Below are positions 38,000-49,900 of a stretch of 64,000 bases of DNA, one piece after another. A program made the translations under genes and the position numbers. The DNA is taken from the NCBI GenBank assembly GCA_964057225.1, contig OZ059897.1, positions 16,182,001-16,246,000 on the forward strand, written 5' to 3'. Position 1 is the first letter of the stretch. Every line of letters begins with the position of its first letter. The notes under the pieces were generated by a model, which ran no database searches, was not told where the DNA came from, and saw only the letters and a list, made by a program, of their open reading frames with translations. The stretch is from Auanema rhodensis (Eukaryota > Animalia > Nematoda).

Positions 38000-40900
38000 A
38001 AGTTCAGGCTGTAGGCACTGTGTGCCCGATGAATCTCCACTTTTCTCATAGATCATCAACCATATTCGTATGTAAATATTCACAAGTTGGATTACGATGT
38101 GTTGAATCTCAATTTCCTAGTGAGATTTGGCTAGGATTTCTGCTTTTTCCGGAAAAGGGGTTTATACCGAGACCATCCACAAGATTTGTTCACAAAAAAG
38201 TTCAGGCTGTAGTCACGTTCTGCCCGGTGAATGAACATTTTTTTCAAAAATCATCTACTAAAATCTAATAAAAATAGTTTGAGATTGGGTATTCAGATGT
38301 GTAAAATCTCAATTTCCTAGTGAGATTTGGCTAGGATTTCTGCTTTTTCCGGAAAAGGGGTTTATACCGAGACCATCCACAAGATTTGTTCACAAAAAAG
38401 TTCAGGCTGTAGTCACGTTCTGCCCGGTGAATGAACATTTTTTTCAAAAATCATCTACTAAAATCTAATAAAAATAGTTTGAGGTTGGGTATTCAGATGT
38501 GTAGAATCTCAATTTCTTAGTGAGATTTGGCTGGGATTTCTGCTTTTTCCGGAAAAGGAGTTTATACCGAGACCATCCACAAGATTTGTTCACAAAAAAG
38601 TTCAGGCTGTAGTCACGTTCTGCCCGGTGAATGAACATTTTTTTCAAAAATCATCTACTAAAATCTAATAAAAATAGTTTGAGGTTGGGTATTCAGATGT
38701 GTAGAATCTCAATCTCCTAGTGAGATTTGGCTAGGACTTCTGCTTTTTCCGGAAAACGGGTTTATACCGAGACCATCCACAAAATTTGTTCACAAAAAAG
38801 TTCAGGCTGTAGTCACGTTCTGCCCGGTGAATGAACATTTTTTTCAAAAATCATCTATTAAAATCTAATGAAAATAGTTTGAGGTTGGGTATTCAGATGT
38901 GTAGAATCTCAATCTCCTAGTGAGATTTGGCTAGGACTTCTGCTTTTTCCGGAAAAGGGGTTTATACCGAGACCATCCACAAGATTTGTTCACAAAAAAG
39001 TTCAGGCTGTAGTCACGTTCTGCCCGGTGAATGAACATTTTTTTCAAAAATCATCTACTAAAATCTAATAAAAATAGTTTGAGGTTGGGTATTCAGATGT
39101 GTAGAATCTCAAACTCCTAGTGAGATTTGGCTAGGACTTCTGCTTTTTCCGGAAAATGGGTTTATACCGAGACCATCCACAAGATTTGTTCACAAAAAAG
39201 TTCAGGCTGTAGTCACGTTCTGCCCGGTGAATGAACATTTTTTTCAAAAATCATCTACTAAAATCTAATAAAAATAGTTTGAGGGTGGGTATTCAGATGT
39301 GTAGAATCTCAATTTCCTAGTGAGATTTGGCTAGGATTTCTGCTTTTTCCGGAAAAGGGGTTTATACCGAGACCATCCACAAGATTTGTTCACAAAAAAG
39401 TTCAGGCTGTAGTCACGTTCTGCCCGGTGAATGAACATTTTTTTCAAAAATCTTCTACTAAAATCTAATAAAAATAGTTTGAGGTTGGGTATTCAGATGT
39501 GTAGAATCTCAATTTCCTAGTGAGATTTGGCTAGGATTTCTGCTTTTTCCGGAAAAGGGGTTTATACCGAGACCATCCACAAGATTTGTTCACAAAAAAG
39601 TTCAGGCTGTAGTCACGTTCTGACCGGTGAATGAACATTTTTTTCAAAAATCATCTACTAAAATCTAATAAAAATAGTTTGTGGTTGGGTATTCAGATGT
39701 GTAGAATCTCAATTTCCTAGTGAGATTTGGCTAGGATTTCTGCTTTTTCCGGAAAAGGGGTTTATACCGAGACCATCCACAAGATTTGTTCACAAAAAAG
39801 TTCAGGCTGTAGTCACGTTCTGCCCGGTGAATGAACATTTTTTTCAAAAATCATCTACTAAAATCTAATAAAAATAGTTTGAGGTTGGGTATTCAGATGT
39901 GTAGAATCTCAATTTCCTAGTGAGATTTGGCTAGGATTTCTGCTTTTTCCGGAAAAGGGGTTTATACCGAGACCATCCACAAGATTTGTTCACAAAAAAG
40001 TTCAGGCTGTAGTCACGTTCTGCCCGGTGAATGAACATTTTTTTCAAAAATCATCTACTAAAATCTAATAAAAATAGTTTGAGGTTGGCTATTCAGATGT
40101 GTAGAATCTCAATTTCTTAGTGAGATTTGGCTGGGATTTCTGCTTTTTCCGGAAAAGGGGTTTATACCGAGACCATCCACAAGATTTGTTCACAAAAAAG
40201 TTCAAGCTGTAGTCACGTTCTGCCCGGTGAATGAACATTTTTTTCAAAAATCATCTACTAAAATCTAATAAAAATAGTTTGAGGGTGGGTATTCAGATGT
40301 GTAGAATCTCAAACTCCTAGTGAGATTTGGCTAGGACTTCTGCTTTTTCCGGAAAAGGGGTTTATACCGAGACCATCCACAAGATTTGTTCACAAAAAAG
40401 TTCAGGCTGTAGTCACGTTCTGCCCGGTGAATGAACCTTTTTTTCAAAAATCATCTACTAAAATCTAATAAAAATAGTTTGAGGGTGGGTATTCAGATGT
40501 GTAGAATCTCAAACTCCTAGTGAGATTTGGCTAGGACTTCTGCTTTTTCCGGAAAACGGGTTTATACCGAGACCATCCACAAGATTTGTTCACAAAAAAG
40601 TTCAAGCTGTAGTCACGTTCTGCCCGGTGAATGAACATTTTTTTCAAAAATCATCTACTAAAATCTAATAAAAATAGTTTGAGGGTGGGTATTCAGATGT
40701 GTAGAATCTCAATCTCCTAGTGAGATTTGGCTAGGACTTCTGCTTTTTCCGGAAAACGGGTTTATACCGAGACCATCCACAAAATTTGTTCACAAAAAAG
40801 TTCAGGCTGTAGTCACGTTCTGCCCGGTGAATGAACATTTTTTTCAAAAATCATCTACTAAAATCTAATAAAAATAGTTTGAGGGTGGGTATTCAGATGT

Positions 40901-43900
40901 GTAGAATCTCAAACTCCTAGTGAGATTTGGCTAGGACTTCTGCTTTTTCCGGAAAAGGGGTTTATACCGAGACCATCCACAAGATTTGTTCACAAAAAAG
41001 TTCAGGCTGTAGTCACGTTCTGCCCGGTGAATGAACATTTTTTTCAAAAATCATCTACTAAAATCTAATAAAAATAGTTTGAGGGTGGGTATTCAGATGT
41101 GTAGAATCTCAAACTCCTAGTGAGATTTGGCTAGGACTTCTGCTTTTTCCGGAAAAGGGGTTTATACCGAGACCATCCACAAGATTTGTTCACAAAAAAG
41201 TTCAGGCTGTAGTCACGTTCTGACCGGTGAATGAACATTTTTTTCAAAAATCATCTACTAAAATCTAATAAAAATAGTTTGAGGTTGGGTATTCAGATGT
41301 GTAGAATCTCAATTTCCTAGTGAGATTTGGCTAGGATTTCTGCTTTTTCCGGAAAAGGGGTTTATACCGAGACCATCCACAAGATTTGTTCACAAAAAAG
41401 TTCAGGCTGTAGTCACGTTCTGCCCGGTGAATGAACATTTTTTTCAAAAATCATCTACTAAAATCTAATAAAAATAGTTTGAGGTTGGGTATTCAGATGT
41501 GTAGAATCTCAAACTCCTAGTGAGATTTGGCTAGGACTTCTGCTTTTTCCGGAAAAGGGGTTTATACCGAGACCATCCACAAGATTTGTTCACAAAAAAG
41601 TTCAGGCTGTAGTCACGTTCTGCCCGGTGAATGAACATTTTTTTCAAAAATCATCTACTAAAATCTAATAAAAATAGTTTGAGGTTGGGTATTCAGATGT
41701 GTAGAATCTCAAACTCCTAGTGAGATTTGGCTAGGACTTCTGCTTTTTCCGGAAAATGGGTTTATACCGAGACCATCCACAAGATTTGTTCACAAAAAAG
41801 TTCAGGCTGTAGTCACGTTCTGCCCGGTGAATGAACATTTTTTTCAAAAATCATCTACTAAAATCTAATAAAAATAGTTTGAGGTTGGGTATTCAGATGT
41901 GTAGAATCTCAAACTCCTAGTGAGATTTGGCTAGGACTTCTGCTTTTTCCGGAAAAGGGGTTTATACCGAGACCATCCACAAGATTTGTTCACAAAAAAG
42001 TTCAGGCTGTAGTCACGTTCTGCCCGGTGAATGAACATTTTTTTCAAAAATCATCTACTAAAATCTAATAAAAATAGTTTGAGGTTGGGTATTCAGATGT
42101 GTAGAATCTCAAACTCCTAGTGAGATTTGGCTAGGACTTCTGCTTTTTCCGGAAAAGGGGTTTATACCGAGACCATCCACAAGATTTGTTCACAAAAAAG
42201 TTCAGGCTGTAGTCACGTTCTGCCCGGTGAATGAACATTTTTTTCAAAAATCATCTACTAAAATCTAATAAAAATAGTTTGAGGTTGGGTATTCAGATGT
42301 GTAGAATCTCAAACTCCTAGTGAGATTTGGCTAGGACTTCTGCTTTTTCCGGAAAATGGGTTTATACCGAGACCATCCACAAGATTTGTTCACAAAAAAG
42401 TTCAGGCTGTAGTCACGTTCTGCCCGGTGAATGAACATTTTTTTCAAAAATCATCTACTAAAATCTAATAAAAATAGTTTGAGGTTGGGTATTCAGATGT
42501 GTAGAATCTCAAACTCCTAGTGAGATTTGGCTAGGACTTCTGCTTTTTCCGGAAAATGGGTTTATACCGAGACCATCCACAAGATTTGTTCACAAAAAAG
42601 TTCAGGCTGTAGTCACGTTCTGCCCGGTGAATGAACATTTTTTTCAAAAATCATCTACTAAAATCTAATAAAAATAGTTTGAGGTTGGGTATTCAGATGT
42701 GTAGAATCTCAAACTCCTAGTGAGATTTGGCTAGGACTTCTGCTTTTTCCGGAAAAGGGGTTTATACCGAGACCATCCACAAGATTTGTTCACAAAAAAG
42801 TTCAGGCTGTAGTCACGTTCTGCCCGGTGAATGAACATTTTTTTCAAAATCATCTACTAAAATCTAATAAAAATAGTTTGAGGTTGGGTATTCAGATGTG
42901 TAGAATCTCAATTTCCTAGTGAGATTTGGCTAGGATTTCTGCTTTTTCCGGAAAAGGGGTTTATACCGAGACCATCCACAAGATTTGTTCACAAAAAAGT
43001 TCAGGCTGTAGTCACGTTCTGCCCGGTGAATGAACATTTTTTTCAAAAATCATCTACTAAAATCTAATAAAAATAGTTTGAGGTTGGGTATTCAGATGTG
43101 TAGAATCTCAATTTCTTAGTGAGATTTGGCTGGGATTTCTGCTTTTTCCGGAAAAGGGGTTTATACCGAGACCATCCACAAGATTTGTTCACAAAAAAGT
43201 TCAAGCTGTAGTCACGTTCTGCCCGGTGAATGAACATTTTTTTCAAAAATCATCTACTAAAATCTAATAAAAATAGTTTGAGGTTGGGTATTCAGATGTG
43301 TAGAATCTCAATCTCCTAGTGAGATTTGGCTAGAACTTCTGCTTTTTCCGGAAAACGGGTTTATACCGAGACCATCCACAAAATTTGTTCACAAAAAAGT
43401 TCAGGCTGTAGTCACGTTCTGCCCGGTGAATGAACATTTTTTTCAAAAATCTTCTACTAAAATCTAATAAAAATAGTTTGAGGTTGGGTATTCAGATGTG
43501 TAGAATCTCAATTTCCTAGAGAGATTTGGCTAGGACTTCTGCTTTTTCCGGAAAAGGGTTTTATACCGAGACCATCCACAAGATTTGTTCACAAAAAAGT
43601 TCAGGCTGTAATCACGTTCTGCCCGGTGAATGAACATTTTTTTCAAAAATCATCTACTGAAATCTAATAAAAATAGTTTGAGGTTGGGTATTCAGATGTG
43701 TAGAATCTCAATTTCCTAGTGAGATTTGGCTAGGACTTCTGCTTTTTCCGGAAAAGAGGTTTATACCGAGACCATCCACAAGATTTGTTCACAAAAAAGT
43801 TCAGGCTGTAATCACGTTCTGCCCGGTGAATGAACATTTTTTTCAAAAATCATCTACTGAAATCTAATAAAAATAGTTTGAGGTTGGGTATTCAGATGTG

Positions 43901-46900
43901 TAGAATCTCAATTTCCTAGTGAGATTTGGCTAGGACTTCTGCTTTTTCCGGAAAAGGGGTTTATACCGAGACCATCCACAAGATTTGTTCACAAAAAAGT
44001 TCAGGCTGTAATCACGTTCTGCCCGGTGAATGAACATTTTTTTGAAAAATCATCTACTAAAATCTAATAAAAATAGTTTGAGGTTGGGTATTCAGATGTG
44101 TAGAATCTCAAACTCCTAGTGAGATTTGGCTAGGACTTCTGCTTTTTCCGGAAAAGGGGTTTATACCGAGACCATCCACAAGATTTGTTCACAAAAAAGT
44201 TCAGGCTGTAGTCACGTTCTGCCCGGTGAATGAACATTTTTTTCAAAAATCATCTACTGAAATCTAATAAAAATAGTTTGAGGTTGGGTATTCAGATGTG
44301 TAGAATCTCAATCTCCTAGTGAGATTTGGCTAGAACTTCTGCTTTTTCCGGAAAACGGGTTTATACCGAGACCATCCACAAAATTTGTTCACAAAAAAGT
44401 TCAGGCTGTAGTCACGTTCTGCCCGGTGAATGAACATTTTTTTCAAAAATCATCTACTAAAATCTAATAAAAATAGTTTGAGGTTGGGTATTCAGATGTG
44501 TAGAATCTCAAACTCCTAGTGAGATTTGGCTAGGACTTCTGCTTTTTCCGGAAAAGGGGTTTATACCGAGACCATCCACAAAATTTGTTCACAAAAAAGT
44601 TCAGGCTGTAATCACGTTCTGCCCGGTGAATGAACATTTTTTTCAAAAATCATCTACTAAAATCTAATAAAAATAGTTTGAGGTTGGGTATTCAGATGTG
44701 TAGAATCTCAATCTCCTAGTGAGATTTGGCTAGAACTTCTGCTTTTTCCGGAAAACGGGTTTATACCGAGACCATCCACAAAATTTGTTCACAAAAAAGT
44801 TCAGGCTGTAATCACGTTCTGCCCGGTGAATGAACATTTTTTTCAAAAATCATCTACTAAAATCTAATAAAAATAGTTTGAGGTTGGGTATTCAGATGTG
44901 TAGAATCTCAAACTCCTAGTGAGATTTGGCTAGGACTTCTGCTTTTTCCGGAAAAGGGGTTTATACCGAGACCATCCACAAAATTTGTTCACAAAAAAGT
45001 TCAGGCTGTAATCACGTTCTGCCCGGTGAATGAACATTTTTTTCAAAAATCATCTACTAAAATCTAATAAAAATAGTTTGAGGTTGGGTATTCAGATGTG
45101 TAGAATCTCAAACTCCTAGTGAGATTTGGCTAGGACTTCTGCTTTTTCCGGAAAACGGGTTTATACCGAGACCATCCACAAGATTTGTTCACAAAAAAGT
45201 TCAGGCTGTAGTCACGTTCTGCCCGGTGAATGAACATTTTTTTCAAAAATCATCTACTGAAATCTAATAAAAATAGTTTGAGGTTGGGTATTCAGATGTG
45301 TAGAATCTCAATCTCCTAGTGAGATTTGGCTAGAACTTCTGCTTTTTCCGGAAAACGGGTTTATACCGAGACCATCCACAAAATTTGTTCACAAAAAAGT
45401 TCAGGCTGTAGTCACGTTCTGCCCGGTGAATGAACATTTTTTTCAAAAATCTTCTACTAAAATCTAATAAAAATAGTTTGAGGTTGGGTATTCAGATGTG
45501 TAGAATCTCAATTTCCTAGAGAGATTTGGCTAGGACTTCTGCTTTTTCCGGAAAAGGGTTTTATACCGAGATAAAAATAGTCTGAGGTTGGGTATTCAGA
45601 TGTGTAGAATCTCAAACTCCTAGTGAGATTTGGCTAGGACTTCTGCTTTTTCCGGAAAAGGGGTTTATACCGAGACCATCCACAAGATTTGTTCACAAAA
45701 AAGTTCAGGCTGTAGTCACGTTCTGCCCGGTGAATGAACATTTTTTTCAAAAATCATCTACTAAAATGTAATAAAAATAGTTTGAGGTTGGGTATTCAGA
45801 TGTGTAGAATCTCAAACTCCTAGTGAGATTTGGCTAGGACTTCTGCTTTTTCCGGAAAATGGGTTTATACCGAGACCATCCACAAGATTTGTTCACAAAA
45901 AAGTTCAGGCTGTAGTCACGTTCTGCCCGGTGAATGAACATTTTTTTCAAAAATCATCTACTAAAATCTAATAAAAATAGTTTGAGGTTGGGTATTCAGA
46001 TGTGTAGAATCTCAAACTCCTAGTGAGATTTGGCTAGGACTTCTGCTTTTTCCGGAAAATGGGTTTATACCGAGACCATCCACAAGATTTGTTCACAAAA
46101 AAGTTCAGGCTGTAGTCACGTTCTGCCCGGTGAATGAACATTTTTTTCAAAAATCATCTACTAAAATCTAATAAAAAGAGTTTGAGGTTGGGTATTCAGA
46201 TGTGTAGAATCTCAAACTCCTAGTGAGATTTGGCTAGGACTTCTGCTTTTTCCGGAAAAGGGGTTTATACCGAGACCATCCACAAGATTTGTTCACAAAA
46301 AAGTTCAGGCTGTAGTCACGTTCTGCCCGGTGAATGAACATTTTTTTCAAAAATCATCTACTAAAATCTAATAAAAATAGTTTGAGGTTGGGTATTCAGA
46401 TGTGTAGAATCTCAATTTCCTAGTGAGATTTGGCTAGGATTTCTGCTTTTTCCGGAAAAGGGGTTTATACCGAGACCATCCACAAGATTTGTTCACAAAA
46501 AAGTTCAGGCTGTAGTCACGTTCTGCCCGGTGAATGAACATTTTTTTCAAAAATCATCTACTAAAATCTAATAAAAATAGTTTGAGGTTGGGTATTCAGA
46601 TGTGTAGAATCTCAATTTCTTAGTGAGATTTGGCTAGGATTTCTGCTTTTTCCGGAAAAGGGGTTTATACCGAGACCATCCACAAGATTTGTTCACAAAA
46701 AAGTTCAGACTGTAGTCACGTTCTGCCCGGTGAATGAACATTTTTTTCAAAAATCATCTACTAAAATCTAATAAAAATAGTTTGAGGTTGGGTATTCAGA
46801 TGTGTAGAATCTCAATTTCCTAGTGAGATTTGGCTAGGACTTCTGCTTTTTCCGGAAAAGGGGTTTATACCGAGACCATCCACAAGATTTGTTCACAAAA

Positions 46901-49900
46901 AAGTTCAGGCTGTAATCACGTTCTGCCCGGTGAATGAACATTTTTTTCAAAAATCATCTACTAAAATCTAATAAAAATAGTTTGAGGTTGGGTATTCAGA
47001 TGTGTAGAATCTCAAACTCCTAGTGAGATTTGGCTAGGACTTCTGCTTTTTCCGGAAAAGGGGTTTATACCGAGACCATCCACAAGATTTGTTCACAAAA
47101 AAGTTCAAGCTGTAGTCACGTTCTGCCCGGTGAATGAACATTTTTTTCAAAAATCATCTACTAAAATCTAATAAAAATAGTTTGAGGTTGGGTATTCAGA
47201 TGTGTAGAATCTCAATCTCCTAGTGAGATTTGGCTAGGACTTCTGCTTTTTCCGGAAAAGGGGTTTATACCGAGACCATCCACAAGATTTGTTCACAAAA
47301 AAGTTCAGGCTGTAGTCACGTTCTGCCCGGTGAATGAACATTTTTTTCAAAAATCATCTACTGAAATCTAATAAAAATAGTTTGAGGTTGGGTATTCAGA
47401 TGTGTAGAATCTCAATCTCCTAGTGAGATTTGGCTAGAACTTCTGCTTTTTCCGGAAAACGGGTTTATACCGAGACCATCCACAAAATTTGTTCACAAAA
47501 AAGTTCAGGCTGTAGTCACGTTCTGCCCGGTGAATGAACATTTTTTTCAAAAATCTTCTACTAAAATCTAATAAAAATAGTTTGAGGTTGGGTATTCAGA
47601 TGTGTAGAATCTCAATTTCCTAGAGAGATTTGGCTAGGACTTCTGCTTTTTCCGGAAAAGGGTTTTATACCGAGACCATCCACAAGATTTGTTCACAAAA
47701 AAGTTCAGGCTGTAATCACGTTCTGCCCGGTGAATGAACATTTTTTTCAAAAATCATCTACTGAAATCTAATAAAAATAGTTTGAGGTTGGGTATTCAGA
47801 TGTGTAGAATCTCAATTTCCTAGTGAGATTTGGCTAGGACTTCTGCTTTTTCCGGAAAAGGGTTTTATACCGAGACCATCCACAAAATTTGTTCACAAAA
47901 AAGTTCAGGCTGTAATCACGTTCTGCCCGGTGAATGAACATTTTTTTCAAAAATCATCTACTGAAATCTAATAAAAATAGTTTGAGGTTGGGTATTCAGA
48001 TGTGTAGAATCTCAATTTCCTAGTGGGATTTGGCTAGGACTTCTGCTTTTTCCGGAAAAGGGGTTTATACCGAGACCATCCACAAGATTTGTTCACAAAA
48101 AAGTTCAGGCTGTAATCACGTTCTGCCCGGTGAATGAACATTTTTTTCAAAAATCTTCTACTAAAATCTAATAAAAATAGTTTGAGGTTGGGTATTCAGA
48201 TGTGTAGAATCTCAAGCTCCTAGTGAGATTTGGCTAGGACTTCTGCTTTTTCCGGAAAAGGGGTTTATACCGAGACCATCCACAAGATTTGTTCACAAAA
48301 AAGTTCAGGCTGTAGTCACGTTCTGCCCGGTGAATGAACATTTTTTTCAAAAATCATCTACTGAAATCTAATAAAAATAGTTTGAGGTTGGGTATTCAGA
48401 TGTGTAGAATCTCAATCTCCTAGTGAGATTTGGCTAGAACTTCTGCTTTTTCCGGAAAACGGGTTTATACCGAGACCATCCACAAAATTTGTTCACAAAA
48501 AAGTTCAGGCTGTAGTCACGTTCTGCCCGGTGAATGAACATTTTTTTCAAAAATCTTCTACTAAAATCTAATAAAAATAGTTTGAGGTTGGGTATTCAGA
48601 TGTGTAGAATCTCAATTTCCTAGAGAGATTTGGCTAGGACTTCTGCTTTTTCCGGAAAAGGGTTTTATACCGAGATAAAAATAGTCTGAGGTTGGGTATT
48701 CAGATGTGTAGAATCTCAATTTCCTAGTGAGATTTGGCTAGGACTTCTGCTTTTTCCGGAAAAGGGGTTTATACCGAGACCATCCACAAGATTTGTTCAC
48801 AAAAAAGTTCAAGCTGTAGTCACGTTCTGCCCGGTGAATGAACATTTTTTTCAAAAATCATCTACTAAAATCTAATAAAAATAGTTTGAGGTTGGGTATT
48901 CAGATGTGTAGAATCTCAATTTCCTAGTGAGATTTGGCTAGGACTTCTGCTTTTTCCGGAAAAGGGGTTTATACCGAGACCATCCACAAGATTTGTTCAC
49001 AAAAAAGTTCAGACTGTAGTCACGTTCTGCCCGGTGAATGAACATTTTTTTCAAAAATCTTCTACTAAAATCTAATAAAAATAGTTTGAGGTTGGATATT
49101 CAGATGTGTAGAATCTCAATTTCCTAGTGAGATTTGGCTAGGACTTCTGCTTTTTCCGGAAAAGGGGTTTATACCGAGACCATCCACAAGATTTGTTCAC
49201 AAAAAAGTTCAAGCTGTAGTCACGTTCTGCCCGGTGAATGAACATTTTTTTCAAAAATCATCTACTGAAATCTAATAAAAATAGTTTGAGGTTGGGTATT
49301 CAGATGTGTAGAATCTCAATCTCCTAGTGAGATTTGGCTAGGACTTCTGCTTTTTCCGGAAAACGGGTTTATACCGAGACCATCCACAAAATTTGTTCAC
49401 AAAAAAGTTCAGGCTGTAGTCACGTTCTGCCCGGTGAATGAACATTTTTTTCAAAAATCTTCTACTAAAATCTAATAAAAACAGTTTGAGGTTGGATATT
49501 CAGATGTGTAGAATCTCAATTTCCTAGAGAGATTTGGCTAGGACTTCTGCTTTTTCCGGAAAAGGGTTTTATACCGAGATAAAAATAGTCTGAGGTTGGG
49601 TATTCAGATGTGTAGAATCTCAATTTCCTAGTGAGATTTGGCTAGGACTTCTGCTTTTTCCGGAAAAGGGGTTTATACCGAGACCATCCACAAGATTTGT
49701 TCACAAAAAAGTTCAAGCTGTAGTCACGTTCTGCCCGGTGAATGAACATTTTTTTCAAAAATCATCTACTAAAATCTAATAAAAATAGTTTGAGGTTGGG
49801 TATTCAGATGTGTAGAATCTCAAACTCCTAGTGAGATTTGGCTAGGACTTCTGCTTTTTCCGGAAAATGGGTTTATACCGAGACCATCCACAAAATTTGT

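Noticed and set aside
37611-38268. ORFs 37611-37916 and 38020-38268
   Set aside because: They overlap the tRNA pseudogene and satellite monomers and have no protein features.
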